From the NCBI GenBank assembly GCA_965645245.1, contig OZ287068.1, forward strand, positions 868,001 through 932,000: 64,000 nucleotides of DNA, in the 5' to 3' direction. Origin of the DNA: Massalongia carnosa. Lineage: Eukaryota. Made by a program: the position numbers and the translations under genes. How positions within the stretch are numbered: position 1 is the first letter of the stretch; the number at the start of each line of letters is the position of its first letter. The notes beneath the pieces are model-generated. The model saw nothing but the letters and a program-made list of their open reading frames with translations, ran no database searches and was not told the origin of the DNA. Below are positions 25,123 to 38,841 of the stretch, in pieces.

Positions 25123-28100
25123 TCATTCGCTATCATCTTCGTCAAACCCGTCGCTCTCCGCATCATCATTATCCTCATCCTCGTCACTAGTACCACCACC
25201 CCACACTTTCTTCCCCTTCTCCACCGCCTTTGCGGCCGCAGCTCGCCTCGCGGGTCTCCTTACCACCAATTCGTCATCATCGTCGTCGTCGTCGATCGGA
25301 TCAACATCGCCAACGATACTGCTATCACCCTCGTTCATGATCTCATTCGCCACCTTATCCACCTCATCATCGTCATCATCGAGCATCACCGCCGCATTTC
25401 TCGCCCGCTTGGCCGCATAGGCCTTGGCAGCAGGACTCAAAGTCGGTTTCTTGGACGGTTGCAATGTCGTTTGAGATGTCTTTTTGGCTGCGGCAGCGGG
25501 AGCTCTTGGTTTGGGAGCAGTCTTGGAGACAACAGCTTTAGGAGCTCTGGATGCCCTCGGAGGAGGCGATGGAGCTTTGGCGAGGAATGAATCATCATTG
25601 GTATCATCAAACACGTCGTCATCCGAGAGAACCATGTCCTTAGCTTTAACGGCAAGACCTTTGTTCTTTACTGCTGGAGGCGCAAGCTTTGAGTAATCTG
25701 TATCATCCCCATCTAAGTCCATGGCCTGCTTCAAAGATGAGTTTGACTTCTTGGGTAAGCCTGCGCTGCTCCCGGGCCGAGACATGGAGGTGGAGAAAAG
25801 GGGCCTGGCGCTGGAAGTTTGATCCGTCGAGGTATTCTCAATGCCTTTGACCATGTTGCCCACGTCAAAGAGTAGATCATCCCCGTTTGAGTCGGAATCA
25901 CTTAGGTCGTACGTAGGTGCTTTCTTTGCAGCAGCGCGAGGTTTGCGGACATTGGAAGGTCTTACGATTTCTTCATCTTTATTATCGGATTCTAATTTTA
26001 TTGGTTTCTTCACCTGGGCTGCGGCTTTGGCTTTTTGGAATATTGGTGCTACAGCTGCCTCTGAATCGGAGGCTCCGTCAAGCGTTTTCCAAACGTCGTC
26101 AGAAGGCTTCTTTGGCCGCAGTGCTTCTTCGGGTTTCTTTGGTACGGCCGTGGCTCCTTCTTTCTTAGCCTTAGCGCTTGTCGCGGATTTTGGCTTCGCT
26201 AATGGTGACAGGTGTGATAGGAGACCAGCTTTTGATTGTACCCTCTTGGCTACAGCTGGTTTTTTTGTTAAAGCAATGTTTCCAAAATCCGAGTCATCCG
26301 GGTCTTCGCCCTGAGCTTTACGTCTTCGAGCTGGACCTTTGGCATCGATCTTGAGCTTGCTTGAGGCGCGCCGGCCCATGTTTGCGACCTTTTTCTGCAA
26401 TTTGGCTTCTTCATCGAGTTGAATTCTCCATTCGTTGATGAATGCGTCTAAATCTCTTAACCAAAGATCCTCCCTCGTAAGCGTGATCAAAGTATCAATC
26501 TCGGCTTCCATGTCTCGAATTTGCTTCAGCAGTTTTTCGACGCGCTCCTTGGTCAATGACCATATAGGCATCTAGAACCGCATTAGAGCTTGTCACACCA
26601 AATCAGCCTGCTACTCACCCCTAAGAGGTAATCATAAGAACTGGCACCAGACACGACTTCTTCTTCGGCATCTTCATCATTGTCTGGATTAGGAGCCAGA
26701 TCCTGAGATTTCTCCACAAGTTTGGTAATCGCCTTGAAGCCTTTTTGTTGCAGCTCTGCAATCAGGTCTACTTTCCTCTTTCTCGAGACCACAAGTTTGT
26801 TATCGATGATCATTTGGATGAAACGAGCCTGATTGCTCCATCTGTCCAACTCTTTTTGCATCTCAGATAGTTGGTTTGCCTGAAGCGAATTAGCAAGAAT
26901 ATCAAGGCATGGCAGGTCAGACCAACCTTTCGCTTCTCATAAAATTTGAGGCGAATTCCGTAGAACTCCTTCATAATATCCTCGACGGTGGCGTACTTTG
27001 TGATCCTACCTTCAGCATCAAACGCCACCAAGTTTGATGTGGCTATCGATTTCGTGAGCTTGAATTTCTCTTCCAATCCCTCATCAAGCGCGGCTTTCAT
27101 TTGCTTTTCCTCCATTCGGATAATGAAATGCACATCTCGATGGGTATTATAATCATCGTAATCCTTAATGAACGATGGAGCCTTTTCTGCCTTGATGACG
27201 TTCACTATCCTTTCCTTAAAGTCCTGCGTCCACATTCGGATAGGTAGTTCTGTAATTTCGATCTCGGTCTCAGTCGTCTTCTTGATTATACCACTGAATT
27301 TATAGCGATCCGGGGCCGTCTGGGTGATAGTACCCTTGAAATCACGAAACCACGGTGTCATGGGCTTCATCTCTTCGCCTTTCATCAAGAGTTTCAGATT
27401 ATCCACGATGTCTTCAGGATTGTAATTCGGGATGCTAGAGCTCCAGCCGGTCCCAATACCATCGGCGCCGTTAATCAAAATCATTGGCACCACGGGAACA
27501 TATACCTCAGGCTCAATTGGACGCTCCTCCGCAGTATTATATGTCAAAATCTGATCGTCAGCGCTATGGAATATCAACTTCGCAAACGGAGAGAGCCTGG
27601 TGAAGATGTAACGTGCGCTGGCACAGTCACTACCCCCTTGAAGTCGACTACCAAAATTCCCGCTGGGTTCGAGGCAATTCACGTTGTTTGATCCGACAAA
27701 AGTCTGCGCAAGACCGACAATGGTTGATTGAAGCGATGTGTCGCCATGATGATAGTCCGTTAAGCCGCTTACCTTACTCGCAAGCTCGCCAACCTTCATG
27801 TCTTTTTTAACGTTCAGCTTCAGACAGGTATATATAACCTTTCGTTGCCCAGGCTTCAGTCCATCAACGACCGAGGGGATAGATCGCATGTTATCCGCCA
27901 TGCTAAAAAGGATAAGCTCCTTATTAATAAAATCCGAATAGGTGATCTCTCTCATCGAATGATCTAGATACGTGCCGGGTTTAAATTGGCGAAGCCATTC
28001 CTTGCGCTCATCCGCCTTTTTCTTCGAAAAAGCCAGCTCAATTAATTCAACCTCGTTATCTTGCATGACATGAAACTCCTTTAGATGCTTGTCGAGATCT

Positions 28101-30506
28101 CGGAAATAGATTTGAGCATCTTCCGTTGTGCTTGTACCTAATCCTTTGTAGTACTTATGCTCCCATCCACGTTCGTGCTTATGCTGTTCTTTCCACGCCT
28201 CGTATTCCGGCATGGTGAAAAATGAATGGGATTTTGTTGGATGCTTTGGATTTCCTTTGAAAACCTTGACGATGGGAGTGATGAACTCAACGAGGAACTC
28301 TGGAATTTTGAGTAAACTTGGAAATGTAACTTGTAAGAAATTGATCAGAAGGCCTTTGATATGGCTGCCATCGTGATCCTGATCCGTCATAATCATAAGA
28401 TGTCCATACCGCAGGTTCTTACAATCCTTATACTCGGTCTTGTGTTTCAATCCAAGAAAGTTCTTAATGTTTTGAATCTCTGCATTTTTGGAAATCTGAT
28501 CCACGCCTGCGTCGCGCACATTGAGCAGCTTACCGCGGAGTGGGAATACACCAAAAAGATCCGCCGAAATAACTGATCGACCAGCAACCGCAAGACCGTT
28601 GGCAGAGTCGCCCTCGGTCAAGATCAGCGTACACTTATAACCATCTTTAGTCCCGGCCTTGTTGGCATCTGTTAGCTTAGGATTGTCCATGCGGCTTCGG
28701 CGACCGCCATCGCTCTTTTTGAGAATCTGATCTGCCTTTTGCTGGGCGAAATGCAAGATGTTGTTCACGACTTCCGTCCTGGCGATTTTCTTTAGAAATT
28801 CGTCGCTGACGGAGCATTTGCTACCAAACTGAGTGTGCTTAGTTGTCAGTTGCTCCTTGGTCTGCGAGGAAAAGGCAGGATTGACAATTAGGCAGTTGAT
28901 GAAGAGAAATATGTGATTTCGAATTTGGTTGATTTTGAGCGCAGCCCCTCCCTTGTTTCTCTTCTTGACGATCTCCCCCAATTTTGTGCACACTTGGTCT
29001 GCGATGAAGTTCACATGCGTACCTCCAGAGGTTGTTGCGATCGAGTTCACAAACGACACCTGTTGAAAAGTTCCGTCTGAGACTGCAAAGCCTATTTCCC
29101 ATCGAACATCAGGATTATCGGTGATTATCTCAGAAATATCGTTTGCGGCCTCATCACCTCGCTCGCTCTTGATTGCCTTAGTGTACATCTCCATATATTT
29201 CTTGAAGCTGTTAATCTTGATCCGATCTCCGTTTAACCAAACCTTGACGCCTCGACTAGTACCTGCAAGATCATAGACCCTTCGTTTCACCAACGCTTCA
29301 AAATCATCGTCTATCCCATCCATCTTGAACTTCACAAAATCTGGAGCAAATGTAACCCTGGTGAAGTCGTCACTCTTGTTACTTGCGATCGAGGCCTCAC
29401 CCATTTTGCTCATGTTTTGAGACCATGTTTGGGAGTATTTTTTTTTTGACTTGGAGTCTGCAGTCTCCAATATAAACTTCGTGCTGAAGACGTTACAAAG
29501 CTTCGCGCCATATCCGTTACGACCTCCTGTGACCTTTTCTTGGTCATCGTCATAATTTGAAGAAGTTAGTAGATGACCGAAGATCATCTCCGGGATGTAA
29601 ATTCGTTCTTTCTAGGAAAACAGGTTAGCAAAGCCCCTTCAAGTCTCTGTGGCGCTTGCCTCGTGGATCTCAATTGGAATTCCTCGCCCGTTGTTGTACA
29701 CGCTGATTTCCCCCTTTACTCTATCAACTGTGACCTTGACGGTGTCCATATTCTTATCCCGTTGCTTGTTATCCGCAGCATTCACGAGGATTTCGTCAAA
29801 GATCTTATAAAGGCCTGGTACGAAACTAACTTCACGCAGCTCCATAGAATCTAATGCAGAGTTGTAAACCCACATCTGCTTCTCGCTCCGCTCGACAGAA
29901 CCAATATAAGTATCTGGGCGCTTCAGAATGTGTTCAAGTTGAGTAAGCTACGCCATCGTCAGAATCTCAAAGGCATGTCCCTGGAGCTTAGTCATTTTAC
30001 CTTCTGGTACTGTTCCGTAGATTTCGAGCCTTTCTTGGGCTTCGGTTCACTCGTCCCATCTAAAGTGAGAGCCTCATTTTCAACTTCTTGAAGAGGCACG
30101 GCTCCAGACTTCTTTGGTAGGAGTTTTTTCTGCCTTTTGGCACTCGGTGGGGTTATAGAAAGCTGTGAATTATTACCGTGTAGCAAGGCGCCCTCCAAGC
30201 CTGCATCATCATCTTCATCCTCCAAGTCCGGCTTAGGTCGCTTCTTCGAGAGGGTAGCCTTGGCTTTCGGTTTTGTTGTTGACATTGACGTCTTTTTCAG
30301 CACGGCCTTGGTAGTTGCAGGTTTCTTTGGCGCTGCTTTTGCAGCAGCCTTTGGAGCAGCTCTAGGTTTGATCTTCGGCTTCTGAAGACATAAGACTACT
30401 GGATATACATAATAATGATGAATGTACGTACAACCACAGGCTCTGGAGAGAACTCATCCGATATAGCTCCATCATCAAATACAGACTCCACCATCGAAGA
30501 ATCCAT
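25123..30506 (-). CDS. TOP2: DNA topoisomerase II
   Basis: EHILKRPDTYIGS, EILVNAADN, GGRNGYGAK, TEGDSA, PLRGK, IMTDQDHDGSHIKGLL, SARYIFT; several introns; start MDSSM at 30506. Confidence 0.97.
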
Positions 30507-31008
30507 GACGGAGTATAGATTACACGGATTTCCTGCTGAATCAAGATTACAATGGAATCAGTGAATGAATATATGAGTTTGGGACAACTGGGACCGATCT
30601 TGAATACGTTAAGCCTGAGGGAATATGGTAAAAATAAGCGATTCGCAGTTGTTGTTATTGTTACCAAATGTCGCGTACTTGATCGTGTCCAGATTACATA
30701 ATAAAACTATAAATTTTGTGTAATATTACCATAAATTTTAGAACTCAAAACAGCATCAATACGGAGTACGGAAGGCATGATTATGGGAACGAAAGGTTTC
30801 TGTTTCCCAACAGATGTCTGCTACTAACGTAGTAGTTGCGATGGTGCAGTATTCGTTAAAATGGCTTTGAGATCTCACCATCCCCTCATCAAGACCTCAT
30901 TAAAAGAGGTTAGCAAAAAAATGGTTTCTTTTTCACTGTCCAGACGTCAAGTATTTTGAAATACCATCGCCTGAGCCTAATAGACGCCCTCCAAGAAGCA
31001 AGCTGAAA

Positions 31009-31863
31009 ATGGACCGAAAAGTTTTTGAGAAGTATGAGAAGGATTACATAACGGATCAGATACTGCAAGAGGCAGCGCAGCTCTTTAACAATAATTACGG
31101 CATCTGGGGCAAGGAAGCCACGAAGGTTCTTGGTCCTTTTGCGAGGCAAGGTGAGTAAATGGCAACAGTTCACCTCTCATTCACTAAATAAACTATAGGT
31201 AACCGTGTGAAGATGAGTAAGGAGCGTCTTCGTGCTCAATGTCTTCCACTCGATGCTGAATGCTCGTACGTTAGAGTTACGATTAATGATCACATTGCTG
31301 GAAACGCGTTTGCCTGTCGTTGGAGGTATGATGACAAAATTGTTTGTTGGATCACCCAGCTGGTTGTCGATCGTAACTATCGTGAGCGTAGGCTTGCGGC
31401 AACCTTATTAAATGAACTCAGGCAAGAGAGTGATGATATCTACGGCCTCGCAAGCTCTCATGCTGCGGCCTGTTTGGCAGCTGCGAAAGCCTATCGAGGT
31501 GAGCAGGCTATTAGAAAGATCTCATTGAATTTAAGACTGATTGCTGTAGGAGGTATCAGTAATGTTCAGCTGGCTTTCATCCGCGATCATGGAGAGGGGA
31601 TAATGAAGGCATCTCCAATTAGTTACATAAAGGAGGCAAACCTTCATGGCAGTCTCTTCACACCCGCTATCACCGATGGTACTATCTCCTCTGTAAACAC
31701 CGGGTTCTTTGTCGATCACACAGAACCACTTGAAGCTCTTGAATTCCTCCGAGAGAACGTTGCCTGGCCTCTTGGTGCTTTGATCGACGGCCATGAGTTC
31801 CTTTTTATTGTTGAAGCTAAACCTCGCTCTCGATCCAAACCTCGGTCTCCATCACTGACCTGA
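31009..31863 (+). CDS. Hypothetical protein with a GNAT acetyltransferase-like segment, 3 exons
   Basis: ATG 31009; introns ~31151-31198 and ~31499-31549; WITQLVVDRNYRERRLA resembles GNAT motif A. Confidence 0.65.
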
Positions 31864-32628
31864 GAACGGAACCTATTTTACTCCCTGTTCATTAAGAGTT
31901 GCTGTAAGTTAGCTGTTCGCCGTTTTGTTAAGATACCTTCAAGAAACTAGCTCGAAGATTCCTTTATTATCTTCGTCGATGGGGAGGAGAAAGAGGTGGA
32001 GCTGCATGTACGAATGATGACAGACAAGGCTGCTCCCAAAGCGCATCAACGGGAAAGGGAACATTGACGTAGGGAAGGAACAACAAATATTTCTATGTGA
32101 ACTAAGACATTCCTAGAACTGCTCCGGTGAGAGCGCAGATGGCATGCCATGAACCGCGAGTCTAATGCTATAAACTGCATATGAATATTGCGCTTTTATG
32201 ATGGTTTATACCAAGCTAGATGATGCGCAATGGAGGTGTTTGTTTATGTTACTTTACGAAGGGCTCAGGTCATCTGTGGGATATACTTACAATAGCAGGC
32301 AGCTCGTTTATTTTTAAACTGAGTCTGAAAAAGGAGAAAAGGTGGAAAACAGTTATGGGTGGTCGAAAATGCCATGCATGGAAAGGCACGCCACTAGGTA
32401 CATTCCAAACCCGTCCCGATTTCGAGAAATCGCACGGCTTTTAGACAGTTGCGTGTGGGTAAAGAAAGCAACAAGTTGAAAGTATTATACAGCTTCACAG
32501 CCTTGAAAACATTTCGTGGATCCTTCCTCTCCGCCTAAAGATTGCCTCCCTTGCCCCGGTAACTGACTCTCAACCACGCGAAAATATGACGATCCACAAT
32601 GAACAGATAAGATTATAAACAAATCCGA

Positions 32629-35600
32629 TCAAGTTCCCCGCACGGCCTCGCCGAGCGCAGGAGGTGTCGAAACCGTCCGCTTGCCCCATCCGCTAAAAAA
32701 GCCTCCACCTTGACTAATCGGAGGCGACGCCACCTTTAGCCCGTCCTGCGCGCTAGTCTTGGCTGCAGCCGCCCTAGATTGAACCGCAAGGACAGAAGCA
32801 GCGGTGCTGGTCATAGTTGGTTTTTTCACCACACACGGCTCGCTGGGGCTCGGGCGATGACCACTAACCGCGCCTGCCAGGGACGTCGGGCTAGTGTTGT
32901 CGCCCAGCAAGCGACGCAAAGAATCGAGCTTAGCCTTCACCTCGTCGAGCTCCTGCCTGGCAACCGCCTCGGCCGTCTTCGAGCTCACGAGTTCGAGCAA
33001 AAGAGCGTCGTCGGCGGGGGGTTTGTTGTCTTCCGTTGCAAGCACGGCCTGGATGCCAAGGCTGCTGCTGCGCTTGGAAAAGACGGGCGGGGGCATCGAG
33101 TTTGGGGAGCCGGAGCCGGAGCGGCCAAGTTTGAACTCGCGAAGGCCGCCAGACCGCGTTTCGGGGATTTCGATGCTGATAGGGGAGTATTCGTCACTGG
33201 TGTAGGTTTCTGATGCCGACGATCGGGCGCTTTTCAGGTCTCGGATTTGTTTTTCCAGCCGCTGCTTACTCTGGTGGGCGTCCTGCATGCGGGTCCGAGC
33301 TTCACGGAATTGATCCAGCAGCCGGGTGTTCTCAGTTTCCAGTTCTGTGAGTTGACGTGATAAAGCTGCTGATCTGGTTGCTTCTAAGCCGTGTTGGTCT
33401 TTCCAGAGTCTAACGTCTTCGCGCAGCTGGTACTTTGTTTGCATGATGGAGGATCTTTTTGATTTGGCAACGCTGAACTGCTCTTCCAATTCAACCAATG
33501 AGTCCAGAGTTATATGCAGGGTGGAAGGAGCCTCAGGCTCGGGTTTGAATAGAGGCTTCTGGGTTTCATTTTCTTGGTCTTCCAATACTGGCTCCGAAAC
33601 AGAGGATATCTTTGCCTTCTGAATAAAGCCTTGAACCAGAGCTCGATCTTCTTCGCGTTCTTCCCGCTCCTTTTGTAAATTATTGGTTAGGGTAGCCTGT
33701 TCCCTCTGCATATCGCTCAAAGCCATCAGAAGATCTTCTATTTGACGATGAAGGTCTTTGTCCTTGCTGGAATCGCCCGCGGTGGGAGTACCACTGTCGC
33801 CACCCACAGGCATGGATTTTATAGACATATGATCCACGGATGAATTATTCGGTATAGTAGCCGCCTCGGCTAAAGTCGTGCTCAGGTGACTGTCAACACT
33901 TTCGATAGAATTAAATGTTGATGCAATGCTTTGCTTAGATGGTGTTCGACGGAGAAAGCTAGAGGGATGCGAGGGTGCGGCCATCAGCAAACTGGACGTT
34001 GGTGACGTTACTTTGGGGGAAGAACTCGACCCCGCCCAAAATCGTCCGAGAAAACGTGAGGCAGCGGCCCGGACACTCGGTTCCGAGCTTATCTTGGCGC
34101 TGGAGTTTCCGTGTTGTGCGTCTTTGAAGCCTGTTTCGAGACTTTCCAAACTTTCTCTTGTCACGAGGCCCGTTAAGCCGACAAAGTCGTTGACCAAATC
34201 ATCAGCGTTGCAAGCATATGTGTCCCACAATCCTCGCGATAGAAGCAATTGCATGACGTCCTCAAACTCCGTGCAGCCTAGGATTTTTTTCTCGTTTCGG
34301 CGCATCAAAGACAATGCAACTCGCATCAAGGTCTCGGAAGCCCCTTCTGTCAGGATGACGTCGTAGATCCTTAGAAGCATAGGTAGTGGACAGGTGACGC
34401 CAAAGAATGAAAGAAACCACTGTGAAACATACAAGGGCTCGACTTGCAACTTATCAAGATGCGCTGTGAGCGTTGGGAGATGTTGAGTTAGCAGCTGTTG
34501 AAACTGGTAGATGCGAAGATGTAGCCCCGAGAGATCGGGCAAGAAACACGATCGAAGGTCATAATGCTCCATTAACCTAAGTGACGGTTAGCCAAGCCGT
34601 GACCGCAAAGCATTCGATTATCTACCGAACAAGCACACAGAATGCATCCCTATCGCCCATATGCATTAGTAACGGTCCTACAACGAAGCCCAGGCCTTGG
34701 CAATAGCCGATCTTTTGGTCATAAAGACTAAAGCATTTCAAGACTTTGCCTAACATCTTCTGGCCCTCCCCAGAGGGATCTCTAAACATTTCCACGCTTG
34801 GGAAACTTCTCCCAATGTCCTTCCCGATCAAGTTCTCATACGGACTTGATTCCCCGCAGAGCCTATCGTATTCCTCTTCTAGCTGCCCATCTCTTGCACC
34901 AGCTATGCTTATCCAGACCACGCCCCGCAATGGCGGTGGAACCCCATTCCGAATTTTGTTCGAAGTCAAGGTAGGAAGTCTCTGAGCAGTTTGGGGGTAA
35001 TCGACCACCAAGGCAGCCCAGAATTCCAATTCGGTCATTGGGGGAGGGTTTGGTATCGTAGAATACCGGAGGGACGAGCTTGCCGGTTCGTTGACAAGCC
35101 TCTTGAGTTGTTGCATGGATGGAGGACGGGACTGCGCTCGTTTTCGGGCGGATTTGGAAATAGCCGCCTTAGGGTCTATGGCTAAAGCATTGTTCTCCTG
35201 CTCCAGCCTTGCAAGCAGAAACGCGGTCGACTTGGCGGCAGTCAGTCAACAACAGGAAGAATGCAGGTTTATCAAGAGAGAACACACCTCATCAGAACAC
35301 TCATCTCGCGGTGCTTGCTCCTCACTTTTATCCAACTCGTCCCAGTCAACATGTGCACTTGCCAAGGAAGAAAATGTCCCAGAGCTATTGCTTCGGGATC
35401 GCAAAACACGCGATGCCGGATTTTGGTTCTCCTCCAGAATCGGGGTTGAGATTGCGGACCCTATACCTTCCTGAGGCAATTGGGGCAACTCGTCTTTAGG
35501 GAGTTGGGCCCTACGTGATCCTGAGCTTCTCATCTCCTTGGAGTTTCCTTGCAACTCGGTATTTTCTTTCCGCTTGGGAGCTTTATCGCTACCTAGGGTG

Positions 35601-35782
35601 CGTACATCCGGCTCATGGTCCAACGACATCAGTCCAGTATCCAGGGTTGCGTCGGACAGTCGACCGGAATTCATGGAATTCATGGACGTTGGGTGAGATA
35701 CATGAGGAGAGTGGAAAGCTTCGCTCTCATCGCCAAGTGATGGTATGTTTATCGCGATGATGGGGCTCGGCGCCGAGCCCAT
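32629..35782 (-). CDS. GYP5: Rab GTPase-activating TBC-domain protein, Gyp5-like
   Basis: GVPPPLRGVVW, IGKDIGRSF, GYCQGLGF, SQWFLSFF, followed by coiled coils; start codon uncertain. Confidence 0.85.
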
Positions 35783-36646
35783 CGTCAGATTCGCGTTCAC
35801 CAGGGTAAATCTCGCTCCAAACTACCACGAGAGTCTCGGTCTTGCCGTTAGAACTCAGATACAACGTAACTTTTAATACCACAGCCAGGAGTTTTTAGTC
35901 ATTGGTAATGAATCCAATGGATGATATCATGAGCGATCAAGACCGCCAACACCAACGTAGCTGAGCGAGTGAAGCTGGTTCAATGATTGTAGTCCGTACA
36001 GAGGCCGGCTCTTTCTGAAGGAGTGACTGATGAAGCGATAGACTGACAGACAGACAGGCTGAACTGAATTTCTTCAAGAGTGGCCGTCTTCACGACTAGG
36101 GACTGGGGGGACTAAAACTGACTGATCAACGAAACGATCTTCGTCTTTTTTGATTGGAGGGGAATTTCCACGCGACCTTCCAGTGCGGCCTCTATGGGGT
36201 TAGATCCAATTTGCCTCTTCAAATAGGCTTTTTCAGGGGGGGATCTGAGGCCTGAGGCTTGATCGCTTAGATCAGCACCCGCAGAACTGCATCCATTGAA
36301 CCATCAAAGCCATCAAAGCCATCCAAGCATCCTGGTTTCAAGCTCTGCATGAACGGTTTCACTCGTTATGAATAGGGCGTACAGAGTACTCAGTACAGAG
36401 CAATGGCTCTGCGGTCTGGTTTTAAAGTGGAGGTCTGGATGAAACAACTACCCAATGCAGCCAGTGGCATCAGATTACGATCGCCTAAGACCCCGAATTA
36501 ATGAACAGAATGCTATTCACCCCTCGGATTCTACCGTCTACCATACGACTTCTGGCATACACTTCTTTATATGTTCTGTTCAATTCCTTCCGCCAAGCTT
36601 TGTCATTCGCCGAGCGTCAATTTCTCGTGACAACTGGCCTCACATG

Positions 36647-37330
36647 TTAATCAGGAATGCAACATTGAACATTGTCGTCCCCAGGGCAATGCTTTCTAAC
36701 CTGCAATATCATATATTAGTCCAGCAGAGACCTTGGCCTACAAAGAGTCCACCCACTTCTTGAACTTCCCGCTGCAACCTTTGTAGGTGTTGGTGCAATA
36801 GCCGGAATCAGTATACGGAGCTGTGCAGTCATGATTCACACAGCACTGAATGTTAGGTGCCTCTGGATATACACGGAGCTTGATGTTAGCAAATGATCAA
36901 TGTTTCAGGGCTGAGCATACACTATGCTGCCGAAGGGATCATCAAAACCAGGGAGGAAAGACAAAGGTTTGAAAGAAGAATCTCATACCGTTGCGACAGT
37001 TGCCCGCAAAGGAGATACCGTCGCAGAAGTTGATCTTATTCACCGTGCAGAATCCCCTAAGCTGGAATGCCTCATTTAGCTGGATTTTACTTTCGCTGCA
37101 GGATATGTTACGATGGTCATACAGTATCGTGATGACACGGGATGTCAGATGAACGGAGCATGAGGTCTTCCGACGCAGGCACGGCCAAAGCCGAGAGCGT
37201 GTTAATCGTCGGCTCGCTTACCTCCGGGATCCGACTTGAAAAAATGTCGACCTTAAAATGCGGTCGACATTTTTTCAAGTCGGATCCCGGAGGTAAGCGA
37301 GCCGACGATTACTAGTATAGCGACCTTCAT
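36647..37330 (-). pseudogene. Small secreted Cys-rich protein gene (two six-Cys repeats) interrupted by a 105-bp hairpin element
   Basis: ATG 37330 MKVAILV, insertion, then TLSALAVPASEDLMLRSSDIPCHHDT; introns 37122-37062, 36988-36863 and ~36756-36696; ends HCPGDDNVQCCIPD-TAA (36649-36647). Confidence 0.75.
37205..37309. mobile_element. 105-bp palindromic miniature element
   Basis: Perfect 48-bp arms (37205-37252 and 37262-37309), 9-nt loop, TA on both sides; arms identical to the termini of the element at 51970-54550. Confidence 0.95.
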
Positions 37331-38841
37331 TCCGAACTTTTCCCAACGAGAAAGCGATTCCTCTTTAGGTTCTTTTTAGTATCTTGCCCTGCTACAGAGC
37401 AGAATGGTTGCCTTTGTATCGATAGCACAACTTTACAGCCTAAGGATGGGTTGCGTTCCCTGGTGCAATCTGTCGGTATCAGAGGGTTTCTTACTACAAG
37501 GCACGTATAACGTAACCTCAATATGGCTGCATGCATCTGAAAATTATCCATGTCGCTTTTTCTCCGACTTAACGTCCGGGATACGAAGTACGTCACCTAT
37601 CACCATACTCAAGCTTAAAAGGATGTGGCATTTAAAAAAGGCTATGAACTTCCACCTGTCTATGGCAGACCCAGTCATAGGATCAGGCATGCTCTTAGGC
37701 CTAGAATCCACGGCGTCAGATGAGACCTTGCAGCAAGAAATCTTGACGATCCAACTCTCACCTGGTTCGTGCCCTGGTCATGGACGTGTCAGCCTCCCTC
37801 GTTGTTTAGCCATGATTCCAAGGAAACCTTTTGTCTTTCCAAGCAGTGATCGTCTAACCACAAGAACTCATTCTCGTCCCTTGGTACCCCCAATTCCTTT
37901 TGTCTTACAGATTCGTTTCCTTTCTTCTTTATTTAAATGCAAAGCCCGCTTTACAACAAGTTTTCTGACTTTTATCTCGCCTCGTGCATATACCCTTACA
38001 TGCGACTCTACTTTTGGCAGACAGCCTGAGCCTATTGCTTCCTTTTACTACCATAAACATGTATATCAGCCACTAAAACTAAAAAATAAATAAATAGAGG
38101 AACAGAGAATAAGAAAGAGGTATGAATGAATCTGCCGATAAATGGGGTTTTATCTTAGACGCAATTGGGCTCCATAGAAACCGCAGTTTCCTGTTCATCC
38201 ATGCTACCGGCTCTCCAACCACTGCTTATCAAATCCCTGACTAGCGCAATGGGAAACTCAAAACAGCCTGAACATTTCTTTCAAGCCGAGCTTCAACTTG
38301 ATTAGAATAGGGGAGTAACATCTACTAAGTATGCTTTCCATTTTGGATCTGAAGGCTTCGGGGAAAGCATGCACGGGGCGGGCGCACGCGATCAGAGCGG
38401 CGAGAGCGAAAACCAAAGGGCAGTATGTATTTACTCAATCAGGTCCAACTATATATAGGAATACACCCCTCACTACCTAGCATACGTAACATACTTACAT
38501 GCCATGCAAAACATTCGTATAGACTCATTTTCTAGCCTAATAGCTAGCTAGGTTTCGCGCCTAGGTGTGAACGAAACCTCCCTCGAATCCTTATGTAGCA
38601 TATGATAAAGTCACAAGCGGGGAAAAAGGGGGAAGTCTTCGGATTTTCTCCTCTTCCGTTGGTTTTCCTTTTCTAGGTTTTCCCAAGACGTACCTTACAA
38701 TAGGTAGGTAGGTAGTTAGGTAGAACTTCTCGCCGCACCCGCAAGAGACGGGGGGAAGGGTTCAATATTGATATCAATTATGCATATCATATCGAAGAGC
38801 AAGTAATCAGGAAATGGAGGAAGCAGAACCACCAAAACAAC

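Noticed and set aside
37404..38093. 229-aa + strand ORF
   Set aside because: No motifs, atypical composition, and it lies just upstream of the minus-strand secreted-peptide gene; probably spurious.
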